DNA of 64,000 nucleotides, taken from contig CAXHJY010001738.1 of the NCBI GenBank assembly GCA_964016885.1, positions 124,001-188,000 of the forward strand. Direction: 5' to 3'. Shown one piece after another: positions 1-12,836 of the stretch. Made by a program: the position numbers and the translations under genes. Numbering within the stretch: position 1 is the first letter of the stretch; each line of letters starts with the position of its first letter. The DNA is from Eledone cirrhosa (Eukaryota). The notes beneath the pieces are model-generated. The model was not told the origin of the DNA and made no database searches. It saw only the letters and a program-made list of their open reading frames with translations.

Positions 1-1968
1 ACCAACATACCACCACCACACCACCACACCACCACCACACCAACACACCACCACCACTCCAACACACCACCACCACACCAACACACCACCACCACCACAC
101 CACCACCACACCACCACCACCACCACCACCAACACACCACCACCACCACCAACACACCACCACCACACCAACATACCACCACCACACCACCACACCACCA
201 CCACACCAACACACCACCACCACACCAACACACCACCACCACACCAATACACCACCACCACACCAACACACCACCACCACACCAACACACCACCACCACA
301 CCAACACACCACCACCACACCAACACACCACCACCACACCAACACACCACCACCACACCAACACACCACCACCACACCACCACCACACCACCACCACACC
401 AATACACCACCACCACACCACCACCACACCAACACACCACCACCACACCACCACCACCACCACACCACCACCACACCAACATACCACCACCACACCACCA
501 CACCACCACCACACCACCACACCACCACCACACCAACACACCACCACCACACCAACACACCACCACCACCACCAACACACCACCACCACCACCAACACAC
601 CACCACCACACCACCACCACACCAACACACCACCACCACACCAACACACCACCACCACCACCACACCACCACCACCACCACCACCACCAACACACCACCA
701 CCACCACCAACACACCACCACCACACCACCACCACACCAACACACCACCACCACACCAACACACCACCACCACACCAACACACCACCACCACACCAACAC
801 ACCACCACCACCACACCACCACCACACCACCACCACCACCACCACCAACACACCACCACCACCACCAACATACCACCACCACACCACCACCACACCAACA
901 CACCACCACCACACCACCACACCACCACCACACCAACACACCACCACCACACCAACACACCACCACCACATCAACACACCACCACCACACCACCACACCA
1001 CCACCACACCAACACACCACCACCACACCAACACACCACCACCACACCACCACCACACCACCACCACACCAACACACCACCACCAAACCACCACCACACC
1101 AACACACCACCACCACACCACCACCACCACCACACCACCACCACACCAACATACCACCACCACACCACCACACCACCACCACACCACCACACCACCACCA
1201 CACCAACACACCACCACCACACCAATACACCACCACCACACCACCACCACACCGCCACCACACCAACATACCTCCACCACACCACCACCACACCAACACA
1301 CCACCACCACACCAACACACCACCACAACCACCACCAGCACCACCACAACCACCACCACCACCACCAACACACCACCACCACACCAACACACCACCACCA
1401 CACCAACACACCACCACCACACCACCACCACACCACCACCACACCAACATACCACCACCACACCACCACCACACCAACACACCACCACCACACCAACACA
1501 CCACCACAACCACCACCACAACCACCACCACCACCACCACACCAACACACCACCACCACACCAATACACCACCACCACACCACCACCACACCACCACCAC
1601 ACCAACATACCTCCACCACACCACCACCACACCAACACACCACCACCACACCAACACACCACCACAACCACCACCAGCACCACCACAACCACCACCACCA
1701 CCACCAACACACCACCACCACACCAACACACCACCACCACACCAACACACCACCACCACACCACCACCACACCACCACCACACCAACATACCACCACCAC
1801 ACCACCACCACACCAACACACCACCACCACACCAACACACCACCACAACCACCACCACAACCACCACCACCACCACCACACCAACACACCACCACCACAC
1901 CAACACACCACCACCACACCACCACCACACCAACATACCACCACCACACCACCACCACACCAACACAC
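1..1968. repeat. C/A-only simple-repeat array (CCA, CACAC, CCAACACA units)
   Basis: Seen directly; the 971..1996 ORF is just its translation. Confidence 0.97.
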
Positions 1969-2143
1969 TACCGATCAAAGATGAACGTTTTAACAAACAA
2001 TGTTGTAATTATTCCATTATTCTGGGTTGTATTGTTTTGTATTCCAATCCATTATTCTATCCTTTAATTGTGTTCTATTTCTTTATCAAACCTAAAACTA
2101 TAAGCTGATGTTGGTAAATCGCATAACTCTCGTTTATTCATCT

Positions 2144-2213
<70 letters not shown>

Positions 2214-2337
2214 TATATAGATATATAGTAATAATAATAAATTTGAAAACTAAAATCCAACGAGGGCTCGATAAGGATAAATATAAATCAAATATATAAG
2301 AACCGTAGAGCAAATATTTATTAAAATAACAGATTAA

Positions 2338-2388
2338 AGTTTAAGCAAAGAATCGCTACTTTCACCCTTAACGGGATCTTCTGAAACT
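2338..2388 (-). ncRNA. Type I hammerhead-like motif, family A (CAGAAGA core)
   Basis: agttt-CAGAAGA-tccc gttaa gggt-GAAA-gta gcgattctt tgc-TT-aaact on the minus strand. Confidence 0.7.
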
Positions 2389-3724
2389 AACAAAGTCAAT
2401 CTGTGAACGCGGAAGTAAATATTTCGAAAAATGTTGCAACCGGAGGAAGACAGGAAGACGATACTTTGGTTCGTGGAAACGTTCCCTGGCAAAGAACGGA
2501 AAAAACGAAGATAATACGTCATTATTTGGAGCGGTGAAAACAATTACACGCAGACAAAACCACGTTTATGGTATAAATGAATCGTAGACTAAAATTCTAT
2601 TAGGTGGTTTATGGAGACATTCTCTGGCAATGAACGGAAAAAACGAAGATAATACGTCATATGTGGAGCGGTGAGAACAATTACACGCAAAGACAAACCC
2701 ACGTAAATGGTATAACTGAAGTCGTAGACTAAAATTCTATTTACGAAACCGAATGATTCTCGGCTTCAGAGTTAAGTATAAAGTAAATAAAATACAGAGG
2801 TAATCGAAATTAAATATATACATACAGGCATCCATATACGTACATACACAAGCATACGCGAAAACACTCGCCATGTGTATACAAATACAATCACATACAC
2901 TAAAAATAAAAACACACATATACAGAACCCACGCAACGCCTGTACCTGCACACATACGAACATATACACATAAAAATATATATAAAAACATATATAATTT
3001 ACATCTGTGTGTGTGTGTGCGTGTATACATAATTAAATAAACGTATATAAATATACACACATCAATACGTATATAACGCGTGTACACACATACCTACTAG
3101 TAAATACACATATGTTCGCGGTACGTCAACCAAAACACAAAGTACACATATACACACACCCTACATACGTACGAACCTGCATACTCACACAGTCGCAAAA
3201 CTCACGTATACACATAACCAAATGCACATGTACCAGTATATATAATATATACGCCAATAACATATACAAGCAAATATACGTACGAGAAAGTATACGTACC
3301 TTCACAAAACATACAGGTAATGTATACTTACCTATACGAATAAGTAGTGGTATAAACATAACATATACTTAGCTACCACATCAAGATGTGGTCTTTAAGA
3401 TGTGGTCTTTGGCGTAGAGTATTTGCAGGGCCTCAGCGGCGCAGAGGTCACATGGTCTTTTATTTCCGTTATACGATCTAGCTTTAACTAGGATCTTCCA
3501 GTGTAACTTATATTGGGTGTGGTTGTCTTTTAGACTCCAGATATAAGCTGAAAGTGACATCATATTCCTTCTTAAAGGGTAACGAAAAGAATGGGTATGC
3601 ATGTAAAGACGCTGCTTGAATCTATTGGCGGTTAACCCTATGTAGGCCCTATCATCTTCCTATCTTCCTTCGGTTGCAACGTTTTTTGAAATATTTACTT
3701 CTGCGTTTACAGATTGACTTTTTT

Positions 3725-3775
3725 AGTTTCGGAAGATCCCGTTAAGGGTGAAAGCAGCGATTCTTTGCTTAAACT
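3725..3775 (+). ncRNA. Type I hammerhead-like motif, family A (CGGAAGA variant)
   Basis: agttt-CGGAAGA-tccc gttaa gggt-GAAA-gca gcgattctt tgc-TT-aaact. Confidence 0.65.
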
Positions 3776-4012
3776 TTAATCTGTTATTTTAATAAATATA
3801 TATATATATATATATACAAGTGGAAGCTTAGTAAAATCGAAGTTTTGGCTGTGGCCAAGCAAAGTCGACCTACAATAGGAATGAGTTAGCAAAGCACTCA
3901 ATCAGGGTAGGTCCTTAGAGTAATAACATACGTTTAAATAGCTTGACAAATTGAAAATTGCGGTAGGCAAAACCCAACCAGACAATACCAAAGTAACGAA
4001 AGAACTAAGAGG

Positions 4013-4234
<222 letters not shown>

Positions 4235-4809
4235 TATATATATATATATAATATTAATTTAACAATGAAAATAATAACAACAAATTCAAGTTATTTTACC
4301 TATTCATATCATTGTTTTACGATCGTTTCGGAGGGTTGATCATATTGACATATTGTCTGACCTATAGTAGTTATATAGCTGTATACTGTCAGACATCATA
4401 CATAGGTTCGATTAGACCGTCAAGAAAACGGTCTGATCGAACTTATATATGACCTATTACTTGACTTTGTTATTATTTTCATTGTTAAATTAATACCTAA
4501 TATCTGACTCTGTATCTAAGGAATTAACTCAGTGGAACACGGGATTTTTCTATGGATTTCACTGGATTACTGGCTATCAGTTTACATTGAGTTCTATCTA
4601 TGGGTCAGAGCCTACCACCAAGGGTAGACCACATTGAATATATAAGGAGTGGAACCCCCAGTTTGAACTTGTTTATAGAATTCTTTCTGCCTTTGTTACT
4701 CTAAATATAGCTTTTAAAGAATTCCCTTTTCTTTAAACCCATCAACCAATGACCTCCACCCACTACCACCAGAAAAGATATAAATATCACCATATTACTT
4801 GGACAGTCA

Positions 4810-4858
4810 GCTTCCTGATGATTTCTCACGAATGAAACAGTTCTAGTCCTGTAGAAGT
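4810..4858 (+). ncRNA. Type I hammerhead ribozyme motif
   Basis: gcttc-CTGATGA-tttc tcac gaat-GAAA-cag ttctagtc ctg-TA-gaagt; canonical core, all three helices pair; related damaged copy at about 45511-45556 (-). Confidence 0.8.
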
Positions 4859-5279
4859 CTTTCTATATTAAATATATATATATATATAAATTTAAAAGGT
4901 ATATATATATAAATTAGACAAAGTCATAGATACATATATGTGGTTTTGGCAACCATTCACGGTGTGGCTCAATGAAGAATTAATTAAATAATTAATAATC
5001 AGAGCAATATATAAAAATGTAAGTCCAAAGAATCATTAGATAAAATATATACAGTATTTCTCTCCCAATCAGTATAAATCAACCACATAAAACATCATTT
5101 AAATGAGGCTATAAGTTTAAAATGTACTCATGAAGAAATAATAGACAAATAATATAGCTTCTTTCCCGCGATGTACAGCCATATGATATTTACCTAATAT
5201 TCCTACTAGCCTGTAGAAATTGACTAGACTTATAGTTAACTACACGGAATATATATACACATATACATCCACTCATTTA

Positions 5280-5435
5280 TTATGGCTATTGGTGAGTTTT
5301 GTTATTCTAAAGTTTCACCTGTGCACTCACAGGATCACCAGTCTTGTCTAATGATCCTGTGAGTGTACAAGATCACCAGTCTTGTCAGGTGAGTACTCAG
5401 GTGAGACTCTAGAGTAGCAAGGCTTAGCCATAATG
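5280..5435. ncRNA. Rearranged foldback made of hammerhead motif pieces
   Basis: Minus strand CTGGTGA-t cctgtg agtg cacagg t-GAAA; plus strand CTAATGA-tcctgtg and caggt-GAGA-ctctagag-TA; the arms are mutually inverted. Confidence 0.5.
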
Positions 5436-5491
5436 AATAAATATTTAAACTCTACTGAGTTTTCATTCTTACGTCCGTCAATAATTCCCGT

Positions 5492-5804
5492 ACTCTCAGG
5501 TCTTCAATAATCGCCCCCACCCCACGTTTAAAAAATGGTCACCCCCCTCCACCCACCCACCCACCCACTTTTATTCCACCCCACCCCCACCCGCTTATTA
5601 AATTTTGCTAATCTATCTCCGGCGAAATGTTATTGTAAGTGATTCATATTGATACAGCAGCTGGAGAATCTAATAATTTTATTTTACATTAAAATACATT
5701 ATATATGACAAAAAAAGATTACAAGAAATCCCATATTTACCAACGTACCCCACACAATTACTGACCCCCCCCCCCATTATTTCTATTATTTGGGACCCGA
5801 GAGT
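5492..5804. mobile_element. MITE with ~20-bp imperfect terminal inverted repeats
   Basis: actctcaggtcttcaataat ... attatttgggacccgagagt. Confidence 0.65.
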
Positions 5805-6192
5805 GACACCAAACTCTCCCTCTCTCTATGTCTATCACACAAAACTCTCTTTTATTCCCCCTCTCTGTATCTACTAAAACCAAACTCTACCCCTCTCTAT
5901 ATCTACCACGACACCGCCTCTCTTATCCCACTCTCTATATCTATGACTAATACACTCTCTCACTCTCTATAAATATCTACACTTAACTCTCCCAATCCCC
6001 CTCTGTACATCAATCACCCCTAAACTCTCAACCTCTCTTTATCTACTACACGGCACTCTCTCATTATCCCTCTCTGTATATCTACAGCCACTAAATTCTC
6101 CCCCTCTCTATATCAATTAGCACCAAACTCTCCCCCTCTCTATATCTACTAGATGGTACTCTCTTCCAATCCCCTCTCTATATCAATTACCA
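5805..6192. repeat. Degenerate CT-rich minisatellite (ctctccccctctctatatc...), interrupted by the Tx1 LINE and resuming at 11863
   Basis: Repeating ~30-bp motif; the same pattern continues after the LINE. Confidence 0.7.
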
Positions 6193-6357
6193 CTTGATAT
6201 AGACGTGATTTACTTTGCTCCGGATTCTTACGGATTGTTGTAAAAAAGAACTGAGTTTATTGATCAATTTAATAACATTGTTTGGTTTAGCCCCTTGCCT
6301 TGGCCGTCAGACGTTAAGTCAACAAATTTTCATCTAAAAACTGTAGACTTGGTGGCA

Positions 6358-8135
6358 ATGGATGCCATTTCTACCTCGCACACTGTCGTGAATGCCACGC
6401 CCACTAAGAAAAGTGGTGGAGGCAAGGTAGGAGTACAAAGCTTGCAGCCGTCCCCTCTCGCATCATCGAAAAACGTGGAAAATATCGAAACCGCGAAACC
6501 AAATCCGGCAAATAATACCAGCACCAACAAGAACAATGACAACAACACCACAACCAACAACTGCAACAATAGCAACACCAATATTACCAACAGTGACAGT
6601 AACACGAAAGACAACAACACCAAAACAACATTTGCCTCAGACCGTAAAAAAAAACGAACTATACACGCCAATAGACATAACAAATGCTAAACAACTATTA
6701 CAAGACGCAAAACAATTCGTGACTTTTGGCGAAAACGGTGCTTTTAGCATCAATTCTCCGCAGGAATTACGTAGAGAGGCTGTCCTGAAAACTGTGGTTT
6801 TCAGGACAATATCGAACGTAACAAGAAAACCAGCTCAATTATCACAAAATGAAACTGAGCTGGTTCTAAAAGACGCAATGAAGGACTTAACCTTCATACA
6901 AAAAGGTAAACTATTTGGTAGCATTTCGGTGCTGATGAACAACCAGTCAACAGCTCAAAAGTACTCGATAGCACCCATTGTGCCCCCCCCCCCCACTTCA
7001 CCTTTTACCCCACATACAGGGGAAAAGGGACACAAAGAATAAAAATAATGAGTATCACACCAAATGTAAACATTTGGTGGATACTATGTGGAATAATAAA
7101 CTTGGACGAAGACAGGATAATTTCAATGGGAAAGTCCTCCGGAGGTGTATTTGGTGGGACCACAGTAGAAGTTCTGGTGCAAATGAGCCCAGAACGAATA
7201 GCGAATATCCCACAACGCGTGCCTCTGGACGGGCTAACTTATATAAACATTTCAGTGGAGGGAAGGCGGCCGTCATGTTACCACTGCTTAAGCAAGGGTC
7301 ACCTGAGGGCTGCCTGTCCTCAATTAACGAGTAAAAAAAAAAAAGGCTCTTCTGCCAACCCCGAACACAACAACACAACCACCACCACCACCACCACAAC
7401 AACAACACGGAAAAATAACAACACAAAACACTGTTCCACCCAACCCCTCCCCACCTAAAACAAATACAAAAGCAACCACAACAAAACCCCAAAATATACC
7501 CCTCCCCAACAACACGGAAGAGGACTCCGTATCAATGTCACCCAGTGACGACGAGGGAGAACCCTTTCAACAAGTGAAAAGGAAAAAAAAAAGGCACCAC
7601 ATTAACAAAAATGCCACAAACACACAACCACCAGCACAAACAGAACAAACATCACAAATAAAAAAAACCCACCCCTCCCCAAAACATAACACGTACTATA
7701 AAATGCAAACACCCGCAAGAACAACAAACAAAAACAAACACAACACAACAAAAACTCTATACATACATTAACAAGAACAATAAAACGTTGATGAAAGCGA
7801 TAGAAAATAACCCTTCAGTGGAAACCGAAGGGATCACTTTCACCTACGCACCGAACAAACCGCATCTAATGATGATTAGGGTCCCAACGGAAACCTATGT
7901 AACTTTGAAAAAGAACCATCCAATGCATGTGGGGACCAACTGCACCAAACCACATAACAGCGTCCTATTGAGATGTTTCCCCACCCCCACACCAGACACC
8001 CACACCCCACCAAACACCCTAATCCCACCACACACTGATGTCCTCACCCCACCACAAACCACCACCCCACCAAACAACCCTTCCAACACCCCCATGGAAA
8101 TTGTGCAGCCTGGTCCCCAGGAGACGAAGAGGTAA
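6358..8135 (+). pseudogene. Tx1 ORF1 (gag-like, zinc knuckle), frameshifted at homopolymer runs
   Basis: CYHCLSKGHLRAAC in 7048..7458; colinear homologous pieces in copy 2 (CYLCGARGHLRAVC). Confidence 0.85.
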
Positions 8136-8177
8136 GTAATTTCCTTTCCTCTTCCTTTTTACCTCTTCAGCACCAAC

Positions 8178-11100
8178 ATGGCCAATATAAGAGTTGGATG
8201 TGTGAATGCACGCGCCTTGGCGATGTCCTGGAAACAGGGCAAACTCTTAAATGACCTCAGGTCGCACAGAGTGGATGTAATGGTTATTTGCGAGTCCAGG
8301 ATCAGCAGCGAGCGCCAACTGGCCCCCATCTTCGACGACTTTGAGATCTACGCATCTCTCTGTCAGCCGAGGGGTGGGGGTGGGGTTGTCGTTCTGCTGC
8401 GAAAATACCTGGGTCTTGCCACACAGAAGGTACACCTGGACCCGGAGGGTCGACTGGTGGTTTTAGACGTCGGCAGTGGTGAAGGTGGAGCTTTCAGGCT
8501 GGTGGCAGCGTATGCCCCATCTGGGACACCGCGACCGGACTTCTTCCGACGCCTGGAGAATTTCCTGGGAACGTCTCGCTCCTTGCTTTTAGTGGGGGAC
8601 TGGAATGGTATCCTGGATGCACGTTGGGACTATGTAGGGGCATGTCCCGATAGAGGGGGGTGTAACAGCCTCAAACGATTAATCGGCCGATTTGATCTGG
8701 CCGATAGATATCGACTGGATTTTCCGACTGTGCCACGGTGGACGTGGAGTAATCTCAGCGGAACATCCAGGTCGTATCTAGATAGGTTCCTAGTTAGAAA
8801 TAAGGATAGGGACATATTAAGCTGTCCACGAATGTTCATGGTTGACTATTCGGATCACAAGTTGTTGACCGGAGTGGTCAACCTTGATAGAACTCATAGA
8901 CAGGGACCCGGTTACTGGAAGCTAAACTTGTCTTTACCGACAAACAAAACTTACAGTAAGCGGATTAACACACTAGTTAAGCAGCGGTTGATGGGGGCAA
9001 TTGTCAACAGCAGGTGGTGGGGCTCTCTCAAGAGAGAAATTAGAATAGAATCGATAGGTTTTAGTCGGGAATTAGCATCAGATAGGAATAGAACTGAAAG
9101 GGAATTAACAAATAGAGTAGAAGAGGCGATTAGGAGTGGAAACGTGGCCGGCGTGCTGGCGTCAAGAACGGCCCTAGACCAGTTCTTTGATGCGAAGCAC
9201 GAGGGCTGCGTTGTCAGGAGTAAAATACGTGCTCTGGGTAACGAGGGAGCCAAAGCTGTTAGCTGGGCCCGAGTGACAGAGGCAAAAAGTGGAAACAAGT
9301 CCACGATTCGGTCTTTGAAGGACCAGGATGGACGCGTGATCCTTGAACCTGAGCCGATGAGCGCGGCCTTTCAACGGCGCTTTGCACGACTGTTCGGGAG
9401 GGGCGGCGGTCCGGGTGGGGCCATGGATTTCGGTCCATACCTCGACGGTCTAGCGCGGCTCTCGGACGGTGAGGCGAAGTCCTGCGAGAGGCCGATTTCA
9501 GCCGCTGAAATAGGGGAAGCGCTGAGCCAATGCGGCAAACGCAAATCTCCGGGTCTCGATGGTCTACCATCGAGACCCGGAGATTTATGTAGCGATGCCG
9601 GGATTGTTCTCCGGTCTCCTCGAGGCGGTCTACCGCAACTGGCAACAGAACGGGAGAATTCCCAGTTCTGTGACCAAGGGCGTAGTCACGCTGGTGAGGA
9701 AGGACGAGAACAAGGGGGATGACATAGATAACTTCAGGCCCATAACTCTGCTAAACACAGAGTTAAAGATTTTGGCCAAGGTGTTAGCGAAGAGGTTGGC
9801 GCTTGTCGTCGGGAACCTGGTGGGTGAAGCGCAGACATGCGCAATCCCATCTAGGTCCATACACGACAACCTCCACCTCATGCGATACATCGTAGAGAGG
9901 GTAGGGAACGAACCCGGCTTTGGTGGGGCCCTGATCAACTTGGATCAATCTAAAGCGTTCGATAGGGTTGACCATCGGTACCTGGATGCGGTGCTCGTGG
10001 CGGCAGGCTTCGGACCCGTTTTCAGGGGCTGGATTGCTGCAATGCACAGCAGCAACACCTGCTCGAGGGTCAAGGTGAACGGCTACCTCTCGGAGCCGTT
10101 CCAAATCACGCGATCCATTCGACAGGGATGCCCTCTCTCCTCCCTCCTGTATGTGCTGGCTCTCGAGCCACTACTGAGGAAGCTGGAGCTGTTGCAGAGC
10201 ATCCCCTTGGAACCGGGATTGCGGAAAGCGGTGTCGGCCTACGCCGATGACGTGACAGTAATGGTGTCGTGCGCCTCGGAAATCGGGCAGATCGGCACCT
10301 TACTGGAGGAATATGAAAGGTTCACAGGAGCCAAGCTGAACCGGGACAAGTCCATCGGTTTGCAACTCGGGACGTGGAGGGGCAAAACGATGCCCTCCGA
10401 CGGCATCGTCGGACACTGGACGGAGGGACCGGTGAAGCTGCTCGGGGTCTGGTTCGGACCGGACCTCCAGGTGGAGAAAAACTGGGACGATGTAACGGGC
10501 AAGGTGTTTGCACTCGCCCAGAAGTGGGCCGAGTGCAAACTATCCCTGAAAGGTCGAGCGGAGGCGGCGAACGTTTATATAGCGTCCGTCATCTACTACC
10601 GCTTGACCGTCGTGCCTTGCCCAGAGAAAACACTCGCCAAAATGGAGCGCGCGCTCTTCCGATTTCTTTGGAAGAAGCGGGCTCCTTTGGTGAGAAGATC
10701 CATCTGCTGTCAACACCCTTCGACCGGAGGGCTGGGATGACGTGGCTGACGATGCGTAGACACGCATTAAGGCTACGGCACCTCCAGGTATTCCTCACCG
10801 GTCAGCCGGTGTGGGCCCTGTTTGTGAGGCGAGCCTTTCCGAGACTCGTCTCACTCACCGAGCTGCAATCCTGGGTCAAGCAAAGACCGAGAAAAGTGGG
10901 CGACTGGCACATTGAATGTGCCCAGGCGCTCACGGCCCTCTGGCAAGCGGATCCGGCAATCAGTGGAGACTCAACCTCAACATTCTATAGAGGGTTGGTG
11001 CGCAGTAAGTGCGACGACGCTCTCGGAGAGGCTCTGGGCATGGAGGAAGACGAGCTGGCCAGTCTGTTCGGTAGGACGTTTGGCCCGGGACCGATGGACA

Positions 11101-11621
11101 ACTTCCAAAAGTCCCTGGCTTGGCAATGTTACCGAGGAGCTCTACCCGTTCGGGACAAGCTCTACAGACACGGGCGCCCGGGTAGGGACCCCTCGAAGAA
11201 GATCTGTCCAAGATGCGTGCGTGACGAGGAAACCGTCGCACACGCATTCGTACACTGCCCGGGCGTTGCTGACCTGTGGGGCTATGTAGAACGACTACTG
11301 TCGCGGGTGGGACCAATCCGATTGACCACCGAGAACATTGTCACAATCAAACCGCCTCCCCCTTTCAAAAACGAAGGAGAGGCGGTTTTCCTCTGTGTGA
11401 TAGCCATGGCGAAAGAAGTTGTATGGTGGACAAGGTTGAAAGGGCTGAGGTCAGACACCTATCTCTCCGGCCAACAACTGGTCTTTTTTTTCAAGTACCT
11501 CTTTAGAAGAAGGATCAGAATGGAGAGAGAGGTGCTCTACCCCAGCAAGTTTTATTAAAGATTGGTGAAAGTAGCGAGAATGGCCCGAGTGAATGGGCCT
11601 TCTCTCTATATCAGCCTGTAG
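8178..11621 (+). pseudogene. Tx1 ORF2 (APE endonuclease, reverse transcriptase, C-terminal CCHC); two frameshifts and a late stop
   Basis: GDWN, YLDRF, SDH; KSPGLDG, FRPITLLN, DQSKAFDRV, RQGCPLS, YADD; CPRC..ET..HAFVHC. Breaks at about 9570, 10735 and 11556. Confidence 0.95.
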
Positions 11622-12097
11622 GTGAGAGAGGAGAAGAATGAGAAGAGGAAGGAAGCACCCGCTCTTTGTGCTCCTGAAGAGGAGGGTTGCACATTTTTTC
11701 GGGGGAATGTGCGACCCATGTCAACGCCCCTCCCTATTGAGGACATCGATTGTTAAATTTAATTTGTTATATGTTTTTTACACGTCTTTTTAAATGTATG
11801 TAAACTCCCCCCTTTGTATTTGTCCCAATCTTTGATGCCCTGGTGGCAAATAAATAGAAATATATATCAATTACCATCAAACTCTCCCCCTTTCTCAATA
11901 AACATCAAACACTGCCTTCGGTCGTTGTTCTTGGTGTCACACTTTATAACTGTCGTGTTTACTCTGGAGGATAATGTATTAACATCTCGCTCCATTGAGT
12001 GCTTTGTGACTGCCACAAACAGCTCGAGTAGTACCTGCTATAGGGCAGCTACATCTTCGATTTATATCTAATATGGAGAGATACAAAATAAAAATCA

Positions 12098-12140
12098 GTC
12101 ACTGAGGAGGTCACAGAATGTGTGACGAAAGAGTTGTGAC
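12098..12140 (+). ncRNA. Minimal type I hammerhead motif, cleavage site probably mutated
   Basis: gtca-CTGAGGA-g gtcac agaatgt gtgac-GAAA-gagt-TG-tgac. Confidence 0.6.
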
Positions 12141-12159
12141 AATATATAAACAACCCAAG

Positions 12160-12333
12160 TTCACGGTCGTGCTCTTGGCAGTGGAGACTTCTGGTGTACT
12201 TGGCCCGAGGGCTACCTCCCTACTCACCAACATAGGTGCTGAGCTGACCAGCCGGAATAGCTCTTCCAGCGCATCTCCCTTACCATTCTCCGGAGAAACG
12301 CCTTCTCCATTCTGTCCGCCCGGGCTGTGGGGA
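12160..12333 (+). mobile_element. Short 3' fragment of a CRE-type retrotransposon
   Basis: AVETSGVLGPRATSLLTNIGAEL closely matches 52151..52348. Confidence 0.85.
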
Positions 12334-12713
12334 GGCCAGCACGTGGGACCCCATTTGCTCACCATACAGAGAGATGGGGAGGGTGAGAGAGATGGAGGCG
12401 ATGACAGTGGGAGTTCGGCTCTTCCACGTCCGGACCATATCCTTGTGGTTGTGTTCATCATGCCCTAGTGCAGTAATGAAATATATATAAAAATAATTAA
12501 ACATATGAACTATACTTGTATTAGGAAAACAAACTTTATCAAACCAGCACCCTGTTATTGAACTAACCAATCGGAAATTTATAATAAATTGAAGCGAAAA
12601 CCAACAGGTGCGTGTGTTTTTGTTGGCAGCATGAACCCCAAAGTATAACAATATCTGTTTCAACACACGTTTTCAGATAAAAAAAATCTTGCAATATTAT
12701 ATATATGTATATG

Positions 12714-12744
<31 letters not shown>

Positions 12745-12745
12745 A

Positions 12746-12746
<1 letters not shown>

Positions 12747-12836
<90 letters not shown>

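Larger units (their letters stand above)
2227..3797 (-). mobile_element. 5'-truncated Penelope-like element, family A: GIY-YIG C-terminus, 3' UTR and pLTR, plus an inverted pLTR fragment at 3651-3797
   Basis: Minus-strand translation ..YIGLTANRFKQ..HTHSFR..LSAYIWSLK..W.IL..CDLCAAE; 2320-2462 is the reverse complement of 3651-3795; (TA)n on both flanks; same family at 30292-32435. Confidence 0.88.
6193..11862 (+). mobile_element. Near full-length L1/Tx1-clade non-LTR retrotransposon, copy 1
   Basis: ORF1 with CCHC knuckle, ORF2 with APE+RT+CCHC, AATAAA at 11849; 14-bp target-site duplication tatatcaattacca at 6179-6192 and 11863-11876. Confidence 0.95.

Noticed and set aside
1-1968. Telomeric repeat or Gly/Trp/Cys-rich protein
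   Set aside because: Not TTAGGG-like and irregular; the ORF is a stop-free by-product of C/A composition.
12648-12682. Hammerhead-like CTGAAAA..GAAA on the minus strand
   Set aside because: G8 is missing and the helices are weak.
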